A stretch of 64,000 nt of DNA, taken from contig CP000071.1 of assembly GCA_000002445.1 (NCBI GenBank), positions 352,001-416,000 on the forward strand. The letters run 5' to 3'. Origin of the DNA: Trypanosoma brucei (taxonomy: Eukaryota). Of this stretch, positions 53,197-64,000 are shown piece by piece (within the stretch, counting starts at the first letter, position 1; each line of letters begins with the position of its first letter). Position numbers and translations under genes: made by a program. The notes below the pieces were generated by a model, which had not been told where the DNA came from, made no database searches, and was given only the letters and a program-made list of their open reading frames with translations.

Positions 53197-56100
53197 CTAG
53201 AGAGTCCACGGCACAATATTTCTTCCTAAGTGAAGGTCTTTCGGCTGAATACTATTGTGGTCGACATGCGGCGACCGCGGCTGCGGGTCGTAACGGTGGA
53301 AACCGCGGCTACTCCGCTGCACACACATCCCGAGAGTTGTGATGGGCGACAGGTGACGGAGATCAAACGCGGCGACTTGCCTGGACCGTCTAATCAACGC
53401 AACGGTGCGCCGCTCGTAGTACTCGCTGTTTCCGGTGACGTACCACTGTGACTCATGCAAGGCCCGTGGGACGCCACTCTCCCCACCGTGGGAAGTCTCC
53501 TGGAAGTGAACTTGAAACTGGACTGTATTCTGAAACGCCCTTCGCATTTGCTCCACAACTTGCGCCTGCCTGGCACCGACGACAGCGGCAAGTGGTGAAA
53601 TCATAAACTGTTTGTCTACACCGTACCGACTTGCCCAATGGCCGCCTGCGCCACTCCTCTCGGGAGACAAGGAGTGTCCAATGTCTGCTACAGGAGAGTG
53701 AAGGTCAACAGACACTGATGATAAACCCAGTGTAGAGGCGCCATTGCCATTTGTCCCCCACGGTGTATCATACGGTTTGGAGGCGCCCGCCTTCAAGCCA
53801 CTCGACTTCCTCTGTTCGTTGCGGCGCATGTGCAAACTAACGAGTTCCCGCCGAACATTACGCACCGTCAGGTCCTGAGGGAGATCAGCAAATCCACCTT
53901 GTCGCCTAGCACGACGCCGAGAAACGCTTGCGCTGGAGAATCCACACTGTGGGCCCTTCCTCCAAAAGTGGTCCCAGTGGTTTGAACGGCTCTCCGTGCG
54001 GGCGGTGTTTGAGAAATAGGGAGCATTACCACCAACTGAAGAGCGAAGACGTGATTCAGACACGTAACCCTCCGATGGATGTGCGGTGTGTAGATCAGAA
54101 CACATTCTAGAAGATGGACGACCGGTCGATGGCGTTTCGAGATGTGTTCGGCGCCGTTCCTGTCGGCGGCGCTCCCTGCTCGGTAGCCGAATCAAAGGGG
54201 TGGAAACACGAGATGTCCCTTGTTCTTTGGCGCACCGCCCTGTCAAAAGCACTGTGCTCTCGCATGGAGTCCGATCGGAAGTCTCGGATTGCGTGCTAAG
54301 CAAGCTTCTTTTCACCTTTTCAGCGGTGGTATTGTCCGATTGACTCGCATTGCTTGACGACGCGGGTGCGGCGCTTCCGCACCGCTTTGGGGCCATCACT
54401 AATGAACTCTCATTTAACGGAAAAGTCACGAGCCCGGGCTTTTCCTGTTGAGGAGGAGCTTCACCACCTGTCTTTGAACACCCTGGAAGGCGAGCATTCA
54501 TCTGTTCCTCAACTTCAGCTTGCATCGCAGCCTGCATTTCCTTCTCTTCCCTCAACATCTTTTGGTACTGTTCCATGAACAATCTGCGGTTGTCCACGCC
54601 GGTGACGAGATAATACAGCTCCCCCCTCACACGGACTATAGTACCAAGCACTACATCCCGCACCTTTTCAATTGTCTTTCCGAGTAAATTTTCGTCATAA
54701 GTCACCTGTGTCATACTCGGAAAGGTCCGTTGAACCAAACCCGAGAGGGCGATCTTCTCCAGTTGTACTTCCGTAAAGCTACCCGCTCCCATCAAAGTAA
54801 CCCAAGATTTACCGGTAGGACCAACCGCCACCCGCTCTGTGGCATACTCGATTGCTGTCTCACACACCACAATAGCAGCCCAGCTAAGAATCATCTCGCG
54901 ATATGTGTGGAGAAAAAACGACCGCATGCCAGCCGGCTCAAAAGATGTGTCAATGATGGACTGGAAAAAATCTTCGTAGCTCTCCACTACATCCATAAGG
55001 AGATCTAGCACAATAGGTAAACTATTGTGTGTTGCATCGTCGATGTAGATATTACGATTCTGCCGCACGCTGGAGTAAATCGTTTGCATAACGGAATAGA
55101 GGGGAAGCAACGAGGGTTCCGGGTGCAAAAAGTCATCCGGAGACAAGAAGGTTGCGAGGTACGCGTCTTGATCCGCCTCAGTCATATTGTTCATGTTCGC
55201 CAGGTGACGCCGATAACCCTGTCCCTCCTCACAGTCCACCTCTTTTTCTACCGTCATTCCAACCCCTGACGAATCGGGGACACTGAATGGTGCCACACCG
55301 TACCCACCATGTGCAAGGATAAGCAACGGTGCAATAGTTTTGGGGCGGCCACCATTTTTCCCTACCACCTCGTCCCTAAGTATTGCACTGCTTTCTGCGT
55401 GCAAGCTACCTTCAAAAAGACGAGCCTCCGCTTCAAGATGGCACGTGGTCTTAGTTAGTTTGGAGGATGTCGCAGTAGTGAGGGCCGTATCGGCAAATGG
55501 GTCTTTCGTAGTGTCGGTGGCGTTAAAAGTTGCACCACCATCACCACCACCACCCAACGGTTCCCTACACGGCGGTCGCTGCCACATGGCAATGTCACGC
55601 GCTGTGCGAAGAGGAAGACCACAAGCATGAAACGGCGGCCTCTGCAGCATGCGCTCCGTAGAGGAGAGCCAATAACCATGGCGTAACGCAACGCTTTGCA
55701 ACACCTGCTGGCACGTCGAGGTGTCCCGATGTAGGAAATAACGGTCATCTCGCTGCTCTCCATCATCCGATGATCCTACAGAATTTGCAGTTGAGAGTAG
55801 ACTACAACTTTTCCCGGACTTCTTCGATGATGATGAAAACCGCAAACGCGTCAGTCTAGGCGATGCCTTGCGGGGCGGAAGGGGCACCTTCTCACTCGAC
55901 GACATTCTTGAGTCAATTTTGGGGCCCGGTGAGGATCGGTTCTTCACAGCATTGTGAACGCGTCGTCGCAGCACACAATAATCCTCTGGGTCGCCCGTAA
56001 AAAGTTCCTCAGGTAGCGACCGCATAAGCACATACGTAACAAATCGGGCCGCCGCCTCCGAGCATTTCTGCAGCCCAGGATGACAAGAAAGAATTCCTGC

Positions 56101-57378
56101 CAGTTTAATCAAATCCCCATGAGGTGCCGAGTCTATTCGCTTGTCGAGCGTTATATCCCACAACCCGCCGAAAACGGAATGACAGCTGGGGGAAAAACTG
56201 GATTGAAGACCCGCCGGGCCGTCGTGAGAATGAGGACCGGGAGAAGACTTTCTACAATGCCCAGGATTACTCAACCGCTTCAAGGTCAGCTTGACAAGCC
56301 GTTTCACAGACTCCGTTCGCTGCTCCCGCTCCGCCGCTAGTCGCTTCTCTGATGCCCCGTCCTCTTTCGGTGATGCCCTATCAGGTGAAGAGAACCCGGT
56401 GGCCGTAGAATCACCCATGGTGCCTCTGGTTAAAGAGGCTTCGGGATTGGTAAACGCCGCTGAAAAAAATGGAGCGGAAGCATTAACGCCCTCATTCGCC
56501 TTTGTTTTCGTCTCTTGTAGAAACGGGAATTTAAATACACCAGATAAAGCATTTGCATTCCCAATGAGACTTCCCATAGTCGTTGTGAGCTGTTCCCTAT
56601 TCTTTTCCCCCTCATCCTTCATGTTAAAATCATGGACTGTTGAAGAACCCGTTGAAAACGAAGGGGACTCCACCTTCTCAGTGCTAACACGAGGTTGCCT
56701 ACCGTAGCGCTGCTCGTAGTCAGTCACAAACGTGTGTAGCGCATCATACACACACTTCTCAAGGTTATCACCCACCGCCAGAGAAGCTTTTCCCCATGGA
56801 TCCCCATCCGTGAGCGTCGTGCTTGTGCCCCCTTCTATACATGGCAAGTTGTTGCTTCCTGTTGTAGAGGTCGTGAATGACGTCCGCAGCACTGATGTTC
56901 CCCGTGATGAATCACACAGGGGTGCGGCCCGCCGGGCATCCTCTTCTTGCTTTTGCTGCAGCATCTTCTTCGCCATGTGGTACGCAAAGAGACGTTCACG
57001 CCTGCATCTCAATGTCGGCCGTATGTAACGCACAAGCGCACCGGAAGGTGGTCTCCGCCCCCCCACAACCGCGGTAGTGGTATTCGTGTCATTAGGAGCT
57101 GGTGAAGATGGAATATTCCGCCTCTCTCTTGGGGAGTGCGACCGGCTACGCTCCATTTCTTGAATTCTTTTCTGCTCCAACCGCTCCGTTTCCTCAGCCA
57201 TCACCTCTGCCAACATCGCGGCAATCGTCCCAACATCTTCTAGTGCACCTGATACAGGGGTTGGCTCGCCATAACATAAAAAATTTTTACCACATCCCTT
57301 CTTTTTCTTGCTCCTCTCTGTTATTCGCATCTCCCGCTCTGCGCTGTGTTCCATACATAGTATCTTTTCATATGACAT
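53197..57378 (-). CDS. Large hypothetical protein (1393 aa), S/T/P-rich with a structured central region
   Basis: The ORF is uninterrupted, with a verified ATG at 57376-57378. I recognise no family. One segment (KSWVTLMGAGSFTEVQLEKIALSGLVQRTF...VLGTIVRVRGELYYLVTGVD) looks like a globular alpha/beta module. Confidence 0.5.
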   Translation of the reverse strand: MSYEKILCMEHSAEREMRITERSKKKKGCGKNFLCYGEPTPVSGALEDVGTIAAMLAEVMAEETERLEQKRIQEMERSRSHSPRERRNIPSSPAPNDTNTTTAVVGGRRPPSGALVRYIRPTLRCRRERLFAYHMAKKMLQQKQEEDARRAAPLCDSSRGTSVLRTSFTTSTTGSNNLPCIEGGTSTTLTDGDPWGKASLAVGDNLEKCVYDALHTFVTDYEQRYGRQPRVSTEKVESPSFSTGSSTVHDFNMKDEGEKNREQLTTTMGSLIGNANALSGVFKFPFLQETKTKANEGVNASAPFFSAAFTNPEASLTRGTMGDSTATGFSSPDRASPKEDGASEKRLAAEREQRTESVKRLVKLTLKRLSNPGHCRKSSPGPHSHDGPAGLQSSFSPSCHSVFGGLWDITLDKRIDSAPHGDLIKLAGILSCHPGLQKCSEAAARFVTYVLMRSLPEELFTGDPEDYCVLRRRVHNAVKNRSSPGPKIDSRMSSSEKVPLPPRKASPRLTRLRFSSSSKKSGKSCSLLSTANSVGSSDDGEQRDDRYFLHRDTSTCQQVLQSVALRHGYWLSSTERMLQRPPFHACGLPLRTARDIAMWQRPPCREPLGGGGDGGATFNATDTTKDPFADTALTTATSSKLTKTTCHLEAEARLFEGSLHAESSAILRDEVVGKNGGRPKTIAPLLILAHGGYGVAPFSVPDSSGVGMTVEKEVDCEEGQGYRRHLANMNNMTEADQDAYLATFLSPDDFLHPEPSLLPLYSVMQTIYSSVRQNRNIYIDDATHNSLPIVLDLLMDVVESYEDFFQSIIDTSFEPAGMRSFFLHTYREMILSWAAIVVCETAIEYATERVAVGPTGKSWVTLMGAGSFTEVQLEKIALSGLVQRTFPSMTQVTYDENLLGKTIEKVRDVVLGTIVRVRGELYYLVTGVDNRRLFMEQYQKMLREEKEMQAAMQAEVEEQMNARLPGCSKTGGEAPPQQEKPGLVTFPLNESSLVMAPKRCGSAAPASSSNASQSDNTTAEKVKRSLLSTQSETSDRTPCESTVLLTGRCAKEQGTSRVSTPLIRLPSRERRRQERRRTHLETPSTGRPSSRMCSDLHTAHPSEGYVSESRLRSSVGGNAPYFSNTARTESRSNHWDHFWRKGPQCGFSSASVSRRRARRQGGFADLPQDLTVRNVRRELVSLHMRRNEQRKSSGLKAGASKPYDTPWGTNGNGASTLGLSSVSVDLHSPVADIGHSLSPERSGAGGHWASRYGVDKQFMISPLAAVVGARQAQVVEQMRRAFQNTVQFQVHFQETSHGGESGVPRALHESQWYVTGNSEYYERRTVALIRRSRQVAAFDLRHLSPITTLGMCVQRSSRGFHRYDPQPRSPHVDHNSIQPKDLHLGRNIVPWTL

Positions 57379-57608
57379 TGTCCCTCACTCTCTTGGGGCT
57401 TTACTTTTCCCGCCGTCTCCCTCTCTGAGACGGCAAAAGCGATGTGAATTTATCAACTAAGTCCTTCCCGAATATATCCAATCAAGCTCATACAAGACGC
57501 ACGGTTCTGCCACCCGCTGGAGGAGAGAAACTCGCTCCCTTATTTCTTCACCAAATCGCCCCACGCGTGTAAAATCACCACCTTGCCTTGTTTTTATCTC
57601 TCGCCTAT

Positions 57609-57634
57609 TTTATATATATATATATATATATATG
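57609..57634. repeat. (TA)n microsatellite
   Basis: Direct reading. Confidence 0.85.
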
Positions 57635-60600
57635 TAAGGGAGGGCTGACAGAACCCACCTTTATTTATGTATTTTTCTGTATTTTTATTTTATTTTATTT
57701 TTTTGGTTTTTGTTCCCTTCTCCTCCTGTGCTTCCTCTTGACTATAAGGGGCCTACTACCGTTACTGTGATGCAACTAAAATGAACTTAAGTAATATGTC
57801 TCGTGTATTTGTGTATGCTTTTTGTGTATTTATGTGCGTTTTCCTGAAAGAGGGAAAGCAGTTCCAAGTCCTTAGTTCCAACTATTTTACCCTCTATCAC
57901 CCCCCTACCCTTGTTAGCGATTGGAAAAATGGATAAAGTACAAAAAGAAAAAAGAAACAAAATAATAATCGTTTATTTCAGTTTGACACTATTCATATGT
58001 TTTTTCACCAGCCCTCGCCCACATAGGAAGAGCACTAGCAGTAGCAAAGTATGGTGAAAAGAGGGCCGGGGATATTAAAAGATTGGATGGGAAATAGCAA
58101 CAGGAGAATTTTAAAAAAAAAAAGAAACAAAAAAACAAAGAAAAAGGGGGAAAAAAACAACAAAATGACCCACAAAATCGCACACTGCGATTAGAGACCT
58201 GGATAGGGAAGAGGTAGAGAAGGAACGACAACAAAAAGAGCAGCGAAAAACAAAACAAAACGCAAACAACAGAAAGAGGGGGGATCTTGACAGACAAGCG
58301 TGTTTCCTTCACATCCGCGTTGCACTATACAATCATTATGATGATGATGATAATAATAATAATAATAATTGAAATGACAAATTTTAAAAGAATTTAACAG
58401 AAAAGAAAAAAAAGAAGAAGAGAGGAGAGAAAGCGGTAAAGCGCCGCCCAGACACACGCGCATGCGTTAGCCAAACACTGAAGTTAATTATATCAACAAG
58501 AATAGTCGCGGGATTGACAGAAACGCATGTACGCAAAAAAAAAAAAAAGGAAGCCGCCGTTTTTGTTCCTTTTTCTTTGGTCTTTTTTTTTTGTTGTTGT
58601 TTGTTTATTTGTTGGTTTGGTTTGGTTTGGTTGCTTCTCTATCCTTTATTCTTTTCTTTTTTAAAAAAAAAATCCTCTTTCGTATTTATCCCTCTTCTGT
58701 TTGGGTTCGCGGGGGGGAAGGGGGTTGGAGACGCCATGTGTTTCTTCATCCTCCACGCACCAAAAATATTTAAAAAAGAAAAAGAAAAATATGTAGATAC
58801 CAAAAATGAAAACGAAGTACATCCTCGCCAAAATAAAAAAAAAAGTGAAAACAAAAAGATAATAATAATAATAATAACGAATGAATGAATGATGCGCTGC
58901 AGCTGCAGAGGGGTAAACAGGGCCGCGTAACGGATGTCCGGTTTGGAAAAAAGAGAAAAGAGGAGATTTGATATTGATTATTTTTGCATTTTGTTTTGAT
59001 ACTACTTCAAATAAAATGGTGGTGGATAGTAAGAATCAGGAAGTAAAACAGAAAAAAGAGAACGGTACGAAAATAAATGAAGAAAGAAAAAAAAAAGTAA
59101 AACGAGGGAAAAACGCTCCCGTCAAACATCACCGACGTCATTAATAACAACAGCAACTTCAAATTTAAAATCCTTTAGTTTTCTCACGTTTACTTCCTCC
59201 TATTTAATTAATTTGACTTCCTTTAGTTTTCTGTTATTGTTGTTATTATTGTTTTTCCTATCTTCTCTCTCCCTTCTCGTGTTGTGATGACTAAATGGGC
59301 CCACCAGTACCAACAACAGCGGGGGGGAAATGAAAAAATCAACAACCATAAATAAAAAGGAGCAACAAACACAAATGCGACGCACAAAGCAACAACAACA
59401 ACAACAACAGAAAAAAATTAAAGTAAACAAAACACACACACACACACAAGAGGTACGGTTTTAAATTCATTTAATTTACATTCAAGCCTCCCCGGTTGTC
59501 CGGGGTCTGATTTCATGTGGTATTTCAGCGCTACTTCCATTCCCCTTTTTTTAAAAAAAAAAGATTTGTTCTCCTTTAACTTTATGCACCCGCCTCCTCT
59601 ATTTCACGCACAATGTCATACTTGCCAACTTCACATTCCGTTGTGGCACTACCATTGTTTCATTGTTGTTACCTTTTTTTTTCATTTTTTTCCTTTTTTT
59701 CGTTTTTGTAAGCCCGGCTTTACTTTCTCCGTCATTCAGATCTAAGTAATAATAATAATAATAAGTTGATTCGGCTCCCGTTTGTTCAATTTGGTTTTTC
59801 CCTCATTAATTCGCCCTTTTATCCCCTCCTTTCTTTTTGTTTTATTTTTTTTTTAAAGTCCCTTCTCCTCCGTTCGGCACCCCTTCCACAACAACAAAAA
59901 GGAAACACGAAAAAAAAAACTAAAAACAAAAACACGCCCTGCTTCAGAAGTGAAAAAAAAAAAGGTACGGGTCTATGAGTAAATACTCAATCAAATAGTT
60001 CATAGAAAACACACACACACACAACAAAACAAATATATAATCGTATACTTATTCGTATTTATATAACAAAAACAACCGACCAAAAAAAAAGAGAGCTACA
60101 ACGATCCGAAGGACATTCAACTACGGCAAATTGCACTCTTTTTCCGTTTTCGCTCTTCGAGTCATTACGTAACACATGTGGAAGTAAATCAAAAGAAAAA
60201 AAAACTAAACTAAACTAAAAATGGCGCAAATCAGGAAATGCGGCAGAGAAAAGGAAGAAGAAAAGAAAATCACTAAAAAGAGTTCATACAACAATGCCAT
60301 CATTTTCACCCCACCCGCCTGTCACTACAAACACATATTGGCAGAAGCGAAAAGATAATGGGGCGGCAAAAACGAATATGAAAATGAACTTAAGTCCAAT
60401 GGATGCATCAACACGGAAGCAGGCACAACGTAGAAACTTCAAAACAAGAAAGAAAACGAAAAAGGAAGAAGAGAACTTGTAAATCACTCCGGAACTTTTT
60501 TGTCATATCCCTTTTTTCTTTTTGTTTTCGTTTGCCCGCAAGGGGATGATGGGGAATAACATAAAAATAAAAGAAGAAAGTGTTTCCCACATATGTATAT

Positions 60601-62143
60601 GTATATATATATATATATCTACCCGCATCTCAAATGGCTCGGAAGCAACCCACTCACTGAAAGTAAGTACAAGGGATGAAAAGAACCACAAGGTAGATAA
60701 AAGAAAACAAACCGGATTTGGACGTATGAGGCACCGGTACCAGCAGCAAGACACAAATATCCGTTATTTTTTTTTTCAAAAAAAAAGGTAAAAGAAAGAA
60801 AGGTATATTGGGAAGGAAAAAAAAAAGACGAATTAAGACGAATGAAAATCTGGCGGAGGGGTTTCAGGGGAAACTGCAGGGTTAAACCCATTTTTCATTT
60901 CAGAAAAGAAAAGCAACCAGTCAATTGAGTGGGTCACCCTTCAGCTAGAAGAAGAATAGAGAAATCGACTAAAATCGAAAAGTAGGGAAGGAACATAAAC
61001 ACAACGAGATGCCCATCACCTTGCATCTCCGCACATCATAGGGAAGAAAAATGACGAGATCGCAACTAACAACGACAAGAAAACAAAACGCACACAGATA
61101 CAGGCGAATGAAAATGTATAAAAATGACATGAAAAGTTGCAAAAAAAAATGGGTAGAGCCCAGCAGAAATCAAATCCCCTTCGCCCGCGCCTCTTCCTTC
61201 GCCCTTCCTTCGCCTTAAACACCGTATAAATATGCACACAGACACATCCATCCATCCATCTATTCATACATACATACATACATGCACCTATACTATTATA
61301 TATTATATAATCGTGTGTATTTATCTTCCTCTTCCTCTTTTAGTGGTGGTTTTCGCTAACTTTATCTCATATCCAAATTATTCCTATCACCCTTTTCCCA
61401 TTCCACAGTCCCTTCACCCCTCCCCCTTGGACCCAATTAGCACATCAGCTTTCCTTCTCTACAAACATGCAACATTCGTGGGCCCTGCAGCAAATACTTG
61501 GCCATATCGCCCAGCTAAATTAGATTTTACTACTCTCCATTTATTGGTTTTAGCTCGTTCCTTCTTTCCCTCATTCCTCATCGCGCCTCCTCTTTTGTAT
61601 CCTTTCCTCTCCCCTCTATTTTATTATTTAGCCTTCGAGGGGATTCATCCATTTCGTTTCCGCCCACCCCTTCCTTCACACTTACTCCATCTATGTCGCA
61701 TCCTTCCCACTGATGCAAAGAGGTACAGGCGTTTATTCAAATGTTTTACTCACCTCCGAAACATAGCCGAGCAGGTAAACATATTCGTCCTATTGCACGC
61801 ACAAGCATATATATATATATATATATACATACACATGTACATATGTAGATGACTGCGTTTGGATGCGCACAAAACGTGAATACGGCCCACAGATTGCACG
61901 GTCATCTCGCTTTCCATCATGCGACATCCGTACATTGTTGGGGTCCTCAGAACCTCTATAACCTTGTGTTTTTTTTTCGCCTCTTTTTGTTCTTATTACA
62001 AGTGGTAGTTCCCTCCTCATCTATATTTGACCTCTTTCTCTCCTGTGCGAGCCTATCCTCAATCCGCCATCCTAACCTGTCCTCTGTGTCTCTTGCTCCA
62101 ACCGGATACTGGCGGAGCCGAGTCTCCTTATAATGCTACTCAC

Positions 62144-64000
62144 TCAGCCGTAGAGAAATACGACAACGAGGTAAGCAACAGCAACCGACGCCAACAATGC
62201 CAAAAGGTAAGCGTTACGACGTAGGCGGTCCACCTGCGAAAAACGAGCGAGCCGCCATAGAAATCTACGGTAGCGACTGCCACGCCGCTGCGTCGTGACT
62301 ACAGGTGCCGGGGTGACCGTCATCAGGGACCATGGTTGTGCGACAACTGCTGGGGCCTTTCGCTTCCTCTTCGGCGAGGTCGATCTATGTAAATCACGGG
62401 TTGTTTCAGTCACAGGTGGAGCCACGCGATCGGCCTTCATTGGACGCTCGGTCTTAGCCGGCCTTTCAGCTTTAACCGGCCGCTCAACCTTTGCTGGGCG
62501 CTCGGAACTTGCCTCAAGTCCTTTCCCCTCACTTCTGGTGGTGGCATCATGAGTTTTCAAAGGCTCGGCTTGCCCTTCGTGAGCTCTGCCGTTGCTACCG
62601 CCGTTCAAAAGTGGTTTGCCATTGGATAGCCGTAAGGGTTTCTCCGTAGAAGCTGCGCCTCGTGGTCCCTTATGAGACAAATGCTCGTCCTCATGCCTTT
62701 CCACGCCGTTGGACTCTTGGCTCTCTGCGCTTCTCTGGCTTTCAAGCACGATTGCGATAGACACTGCCCAGTCTACTATCAGCTTTGAGCGCTTTCGCTC
62801 CTCGTCCCTCTTCGTGGCCACTCGCGCATCCAAACATGGCACCAGAATGTCCTTATACAGTTTCACAACAAGCTGCATCTGCTCAAGTTGCGCGGCGCAC
62901 CACACCTCCGCTTTACGTAATTTATCGCTCACCGTCATTACGCTTTGCTCGGCCACCTCATAGTCTCCCTTCTTGAAACGAAGCAACGTCAGAATGTCCC
63001 CGCTCCTAGAGAGTCCGGAGGGAGCGCCAATACCAAATAACTCAGTCCGATGGCTTTGCTCTGGGTTTAGTGCTTTAATTGCAGGGTAGAATAAATTAGG
63101 AGTTTCAACCTTCGCCTTTCGCTCCCCTTTTGGTGTCAAGATGCCGCTAAGTGTCTTGCGTATATCCTTTTGTGTGCGTTGCACCTCCAGCGCAGTGGCG
63201 CGTAGATCTTGGTCTAGTTTCTGTATCATATCAAAAGCTTCCTTGGCGCATTCGTCAACACTGCCATAATCTTCTTCACACTGTTTCGCGCCGCCCAAAA
63301 GACGCGCAGCAAACCGAAGCACTTCCTCAGAGATACTCCCATGAGGCCGCATAGATGCTCCAATGAGTCCCTCCACCAAATGTACAGCGTCCGAATCTTC
63401 CTCAGGGGCCCCCGCATCAACCGCCTTTTGGCCATTTCTACCGCCGCGACCCTTCTTCCGCTTGTCGGCTCCGTCAGTTGTCACGCAGTGCTGGAGCGAT
63501 ATACTAGCAAATTGTTCGCCCAAACGCTCCAATTGTTGGGCCAGATTGGCTGTTCTCCGCCTACTCAAACCGATGCTGTCAGCCCACTCCAGTATCATCT
63601 GCCTACTGTCAGACAAATCCATCACCTCATTATCATCCTGTGGCGATGCACTAACAGCCGATGTCTCCTCCGCCTGTGGTGGCACTTTGACTGATACATC
63701 ATCTGGAGTCTCCGCTGCCCATGGCGCCCACGGCGCCTCCGACGCACCGCTCCTCAATGATCCTGATTTACCTCCCCTCCGTGATCCCGAACTTTCTCCC
63801 CTCCACGAACATGACAACCCGGGTGTGACATTTTTCCACGAAGAGACCCCCGTCCACGACGATCTCACCACATCCCGTACCTCTGAAGTCTCTGCGGCCC
63901 CTGCAGATGCCGTTCTCCCTTTCCGCAGTGCGAAGCTGGGAGTCCACGGAAAACACTGGAATGTCCCGCACAGAGCCGGATTAAATGTGAATGGTCTGCC
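62144..64000 (-). CDS. Hypothetical protein with C-terminal transmembrane anchor. The N-terminus lies beyond the right window edge.
   Basis: The track start at 63871 is GTG. Hand translation shows the frame stays open through position 64000, so the true start is outside the window. The C-terminus reads RNAYLLALLASVAVAYLVVVFLYG, a tail-anchor-like helix. Confidence 0.5.
   Translation of the reverse strand, partial: GRPFTFNPALCGTFQCFPWTPSFALRKGRTASAGAAETSEVRDVVRSSWTGVSSWKNVTPGLSCSWRGESSGSRRGGKSGSLRSGASEAPWAPWAAETPDDVSVKVPPQAEETSAVSASPQDDNEVMDLSDSRQMILEWADSIGLSRRRTANLAQQLERLGEQFASISLQHCVTTDGADKRKKGRGGRNGQKAVDAGAPEEDSDAVHLVEGLIGASMRPHGSISEEVLRFAARLLGGAKQCEEDYGSVDECAKEAFDMIQKLDQDLRATALEVQRTQKDIRKTLSGILTPKGERKAKVETPNLFYPAIKALNPEQSHRTELFGIGAPSGLSRSGDILTLLRFKKGDYEVAEQSVMTVSDKLRKAEVWCAAQLEQMQLVVKLYKDILVPCLDARVATKRDEERKRSKLIVDWAVSIAIVLESQRSAESQESNGVERHEDEHLSHKGPRGAASTEKPLRLSNGKPLLNGGSNGRAHEGQAEPLKTHDATTRSEGKGLEASSERPAKVERPVKAERPAKTERPMKADRVAPPVTETTRDLHRSTSPKRKRKAPAVVAQPWSLMTVTPAPVVTTQRRGSRYRRFLWRLARFSQVDRLRRNAYLLALLASVAVAYLVVVFLYG

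Noticed and set aside
58338-58490. C/D-box snoRNA-like element (tgatga ... ctga)
   Set aside because: The boxes are expected by chance in AT-rich sequence containing an (ATG/ATA)n repeat. No terminal stem or guide complementarity could be established by eye.
1-64000. Prokaryotic defence, mobile or CRISPR content
   Set aside because: Gene content and architecture are eukaryotic and kinetoplastid: RPS9, eIF3h-like, PMCA, ETF-QO, Sel1/Hrd3. I found no direct-repeat/spacer array, no integrase or transposase, no restriction-modification or toxin-antitoxin genes, and no bacterial promoter/RBS structure. The (CA)n and (TA)n runs are microsatellites, not CRISPR repeats.

Overview
This is not a prokaryotic locus and I found no defence island, CRISPR array, phage or plasmid module. 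I could not support any novel system. The window reads as a trypanosomatid nuclear chromosome segment, most likely Trypanosoma of the brucei group. The basis for that call is long intron-less ORFs, AT-rich low-complexity intergenic spacers carrying (TA)n, (CA)n and (GA)n microsatellites and polypyrimidine tracts, and a tandem Ca2+-ATPase array. Every credible gene is on the minus strand, so the 64 kb is one directional, polycistronic-style gene cluster.

Genes, ordered by coordinate on the minus strand:
- an STE11-like protein kinase with large inserts, whose C-terminus is cut off by the left edge of the window;
- 40S ribosomal protein S9;
- a small tail-anchored SNARE-like protein;
- a very large PPP-family Ser/Thr phosphatase with a Cys/His cluster and SEQQSPL repeats;
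- two conserved hypothetical proteins, one of them coiled-coil;
- a 15.5 kb tandem array of three PMCA-type Ca2+-transporting P-type ATPase genes interleaved with two identical eIF3h-like genes, repeat unit about 6.1 kb;
- a coiled-coil protein containing about 7.7 near-perfect 129-bp (43-aa) tandem repeats;
- ETF-ubiquinone oxidoreductase;
- a Sel1/Hrd3-like membrane protein;
- a Clp1/Grc3/NOL9-type polynucleotide kinase;
- a K/E-rich protein;
- a 1393-aa hypothetical protein;
- a gene with a C-terminal transmembrane anchor, whose N-terminus is cut off by the right edge.

The three ATPase paralogues are mosaics of shared and private sequence blocks, with a private N-terminus in the third copy (29716..32958) and a private C-terminal half in the first copy (17465..20773). 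That is the most interesting structure in the window.

The supplied ORF track evidently accepts GTG and TTG as start codons and shows them as M. I re-set several start coordinates to the first in-frame ATG.
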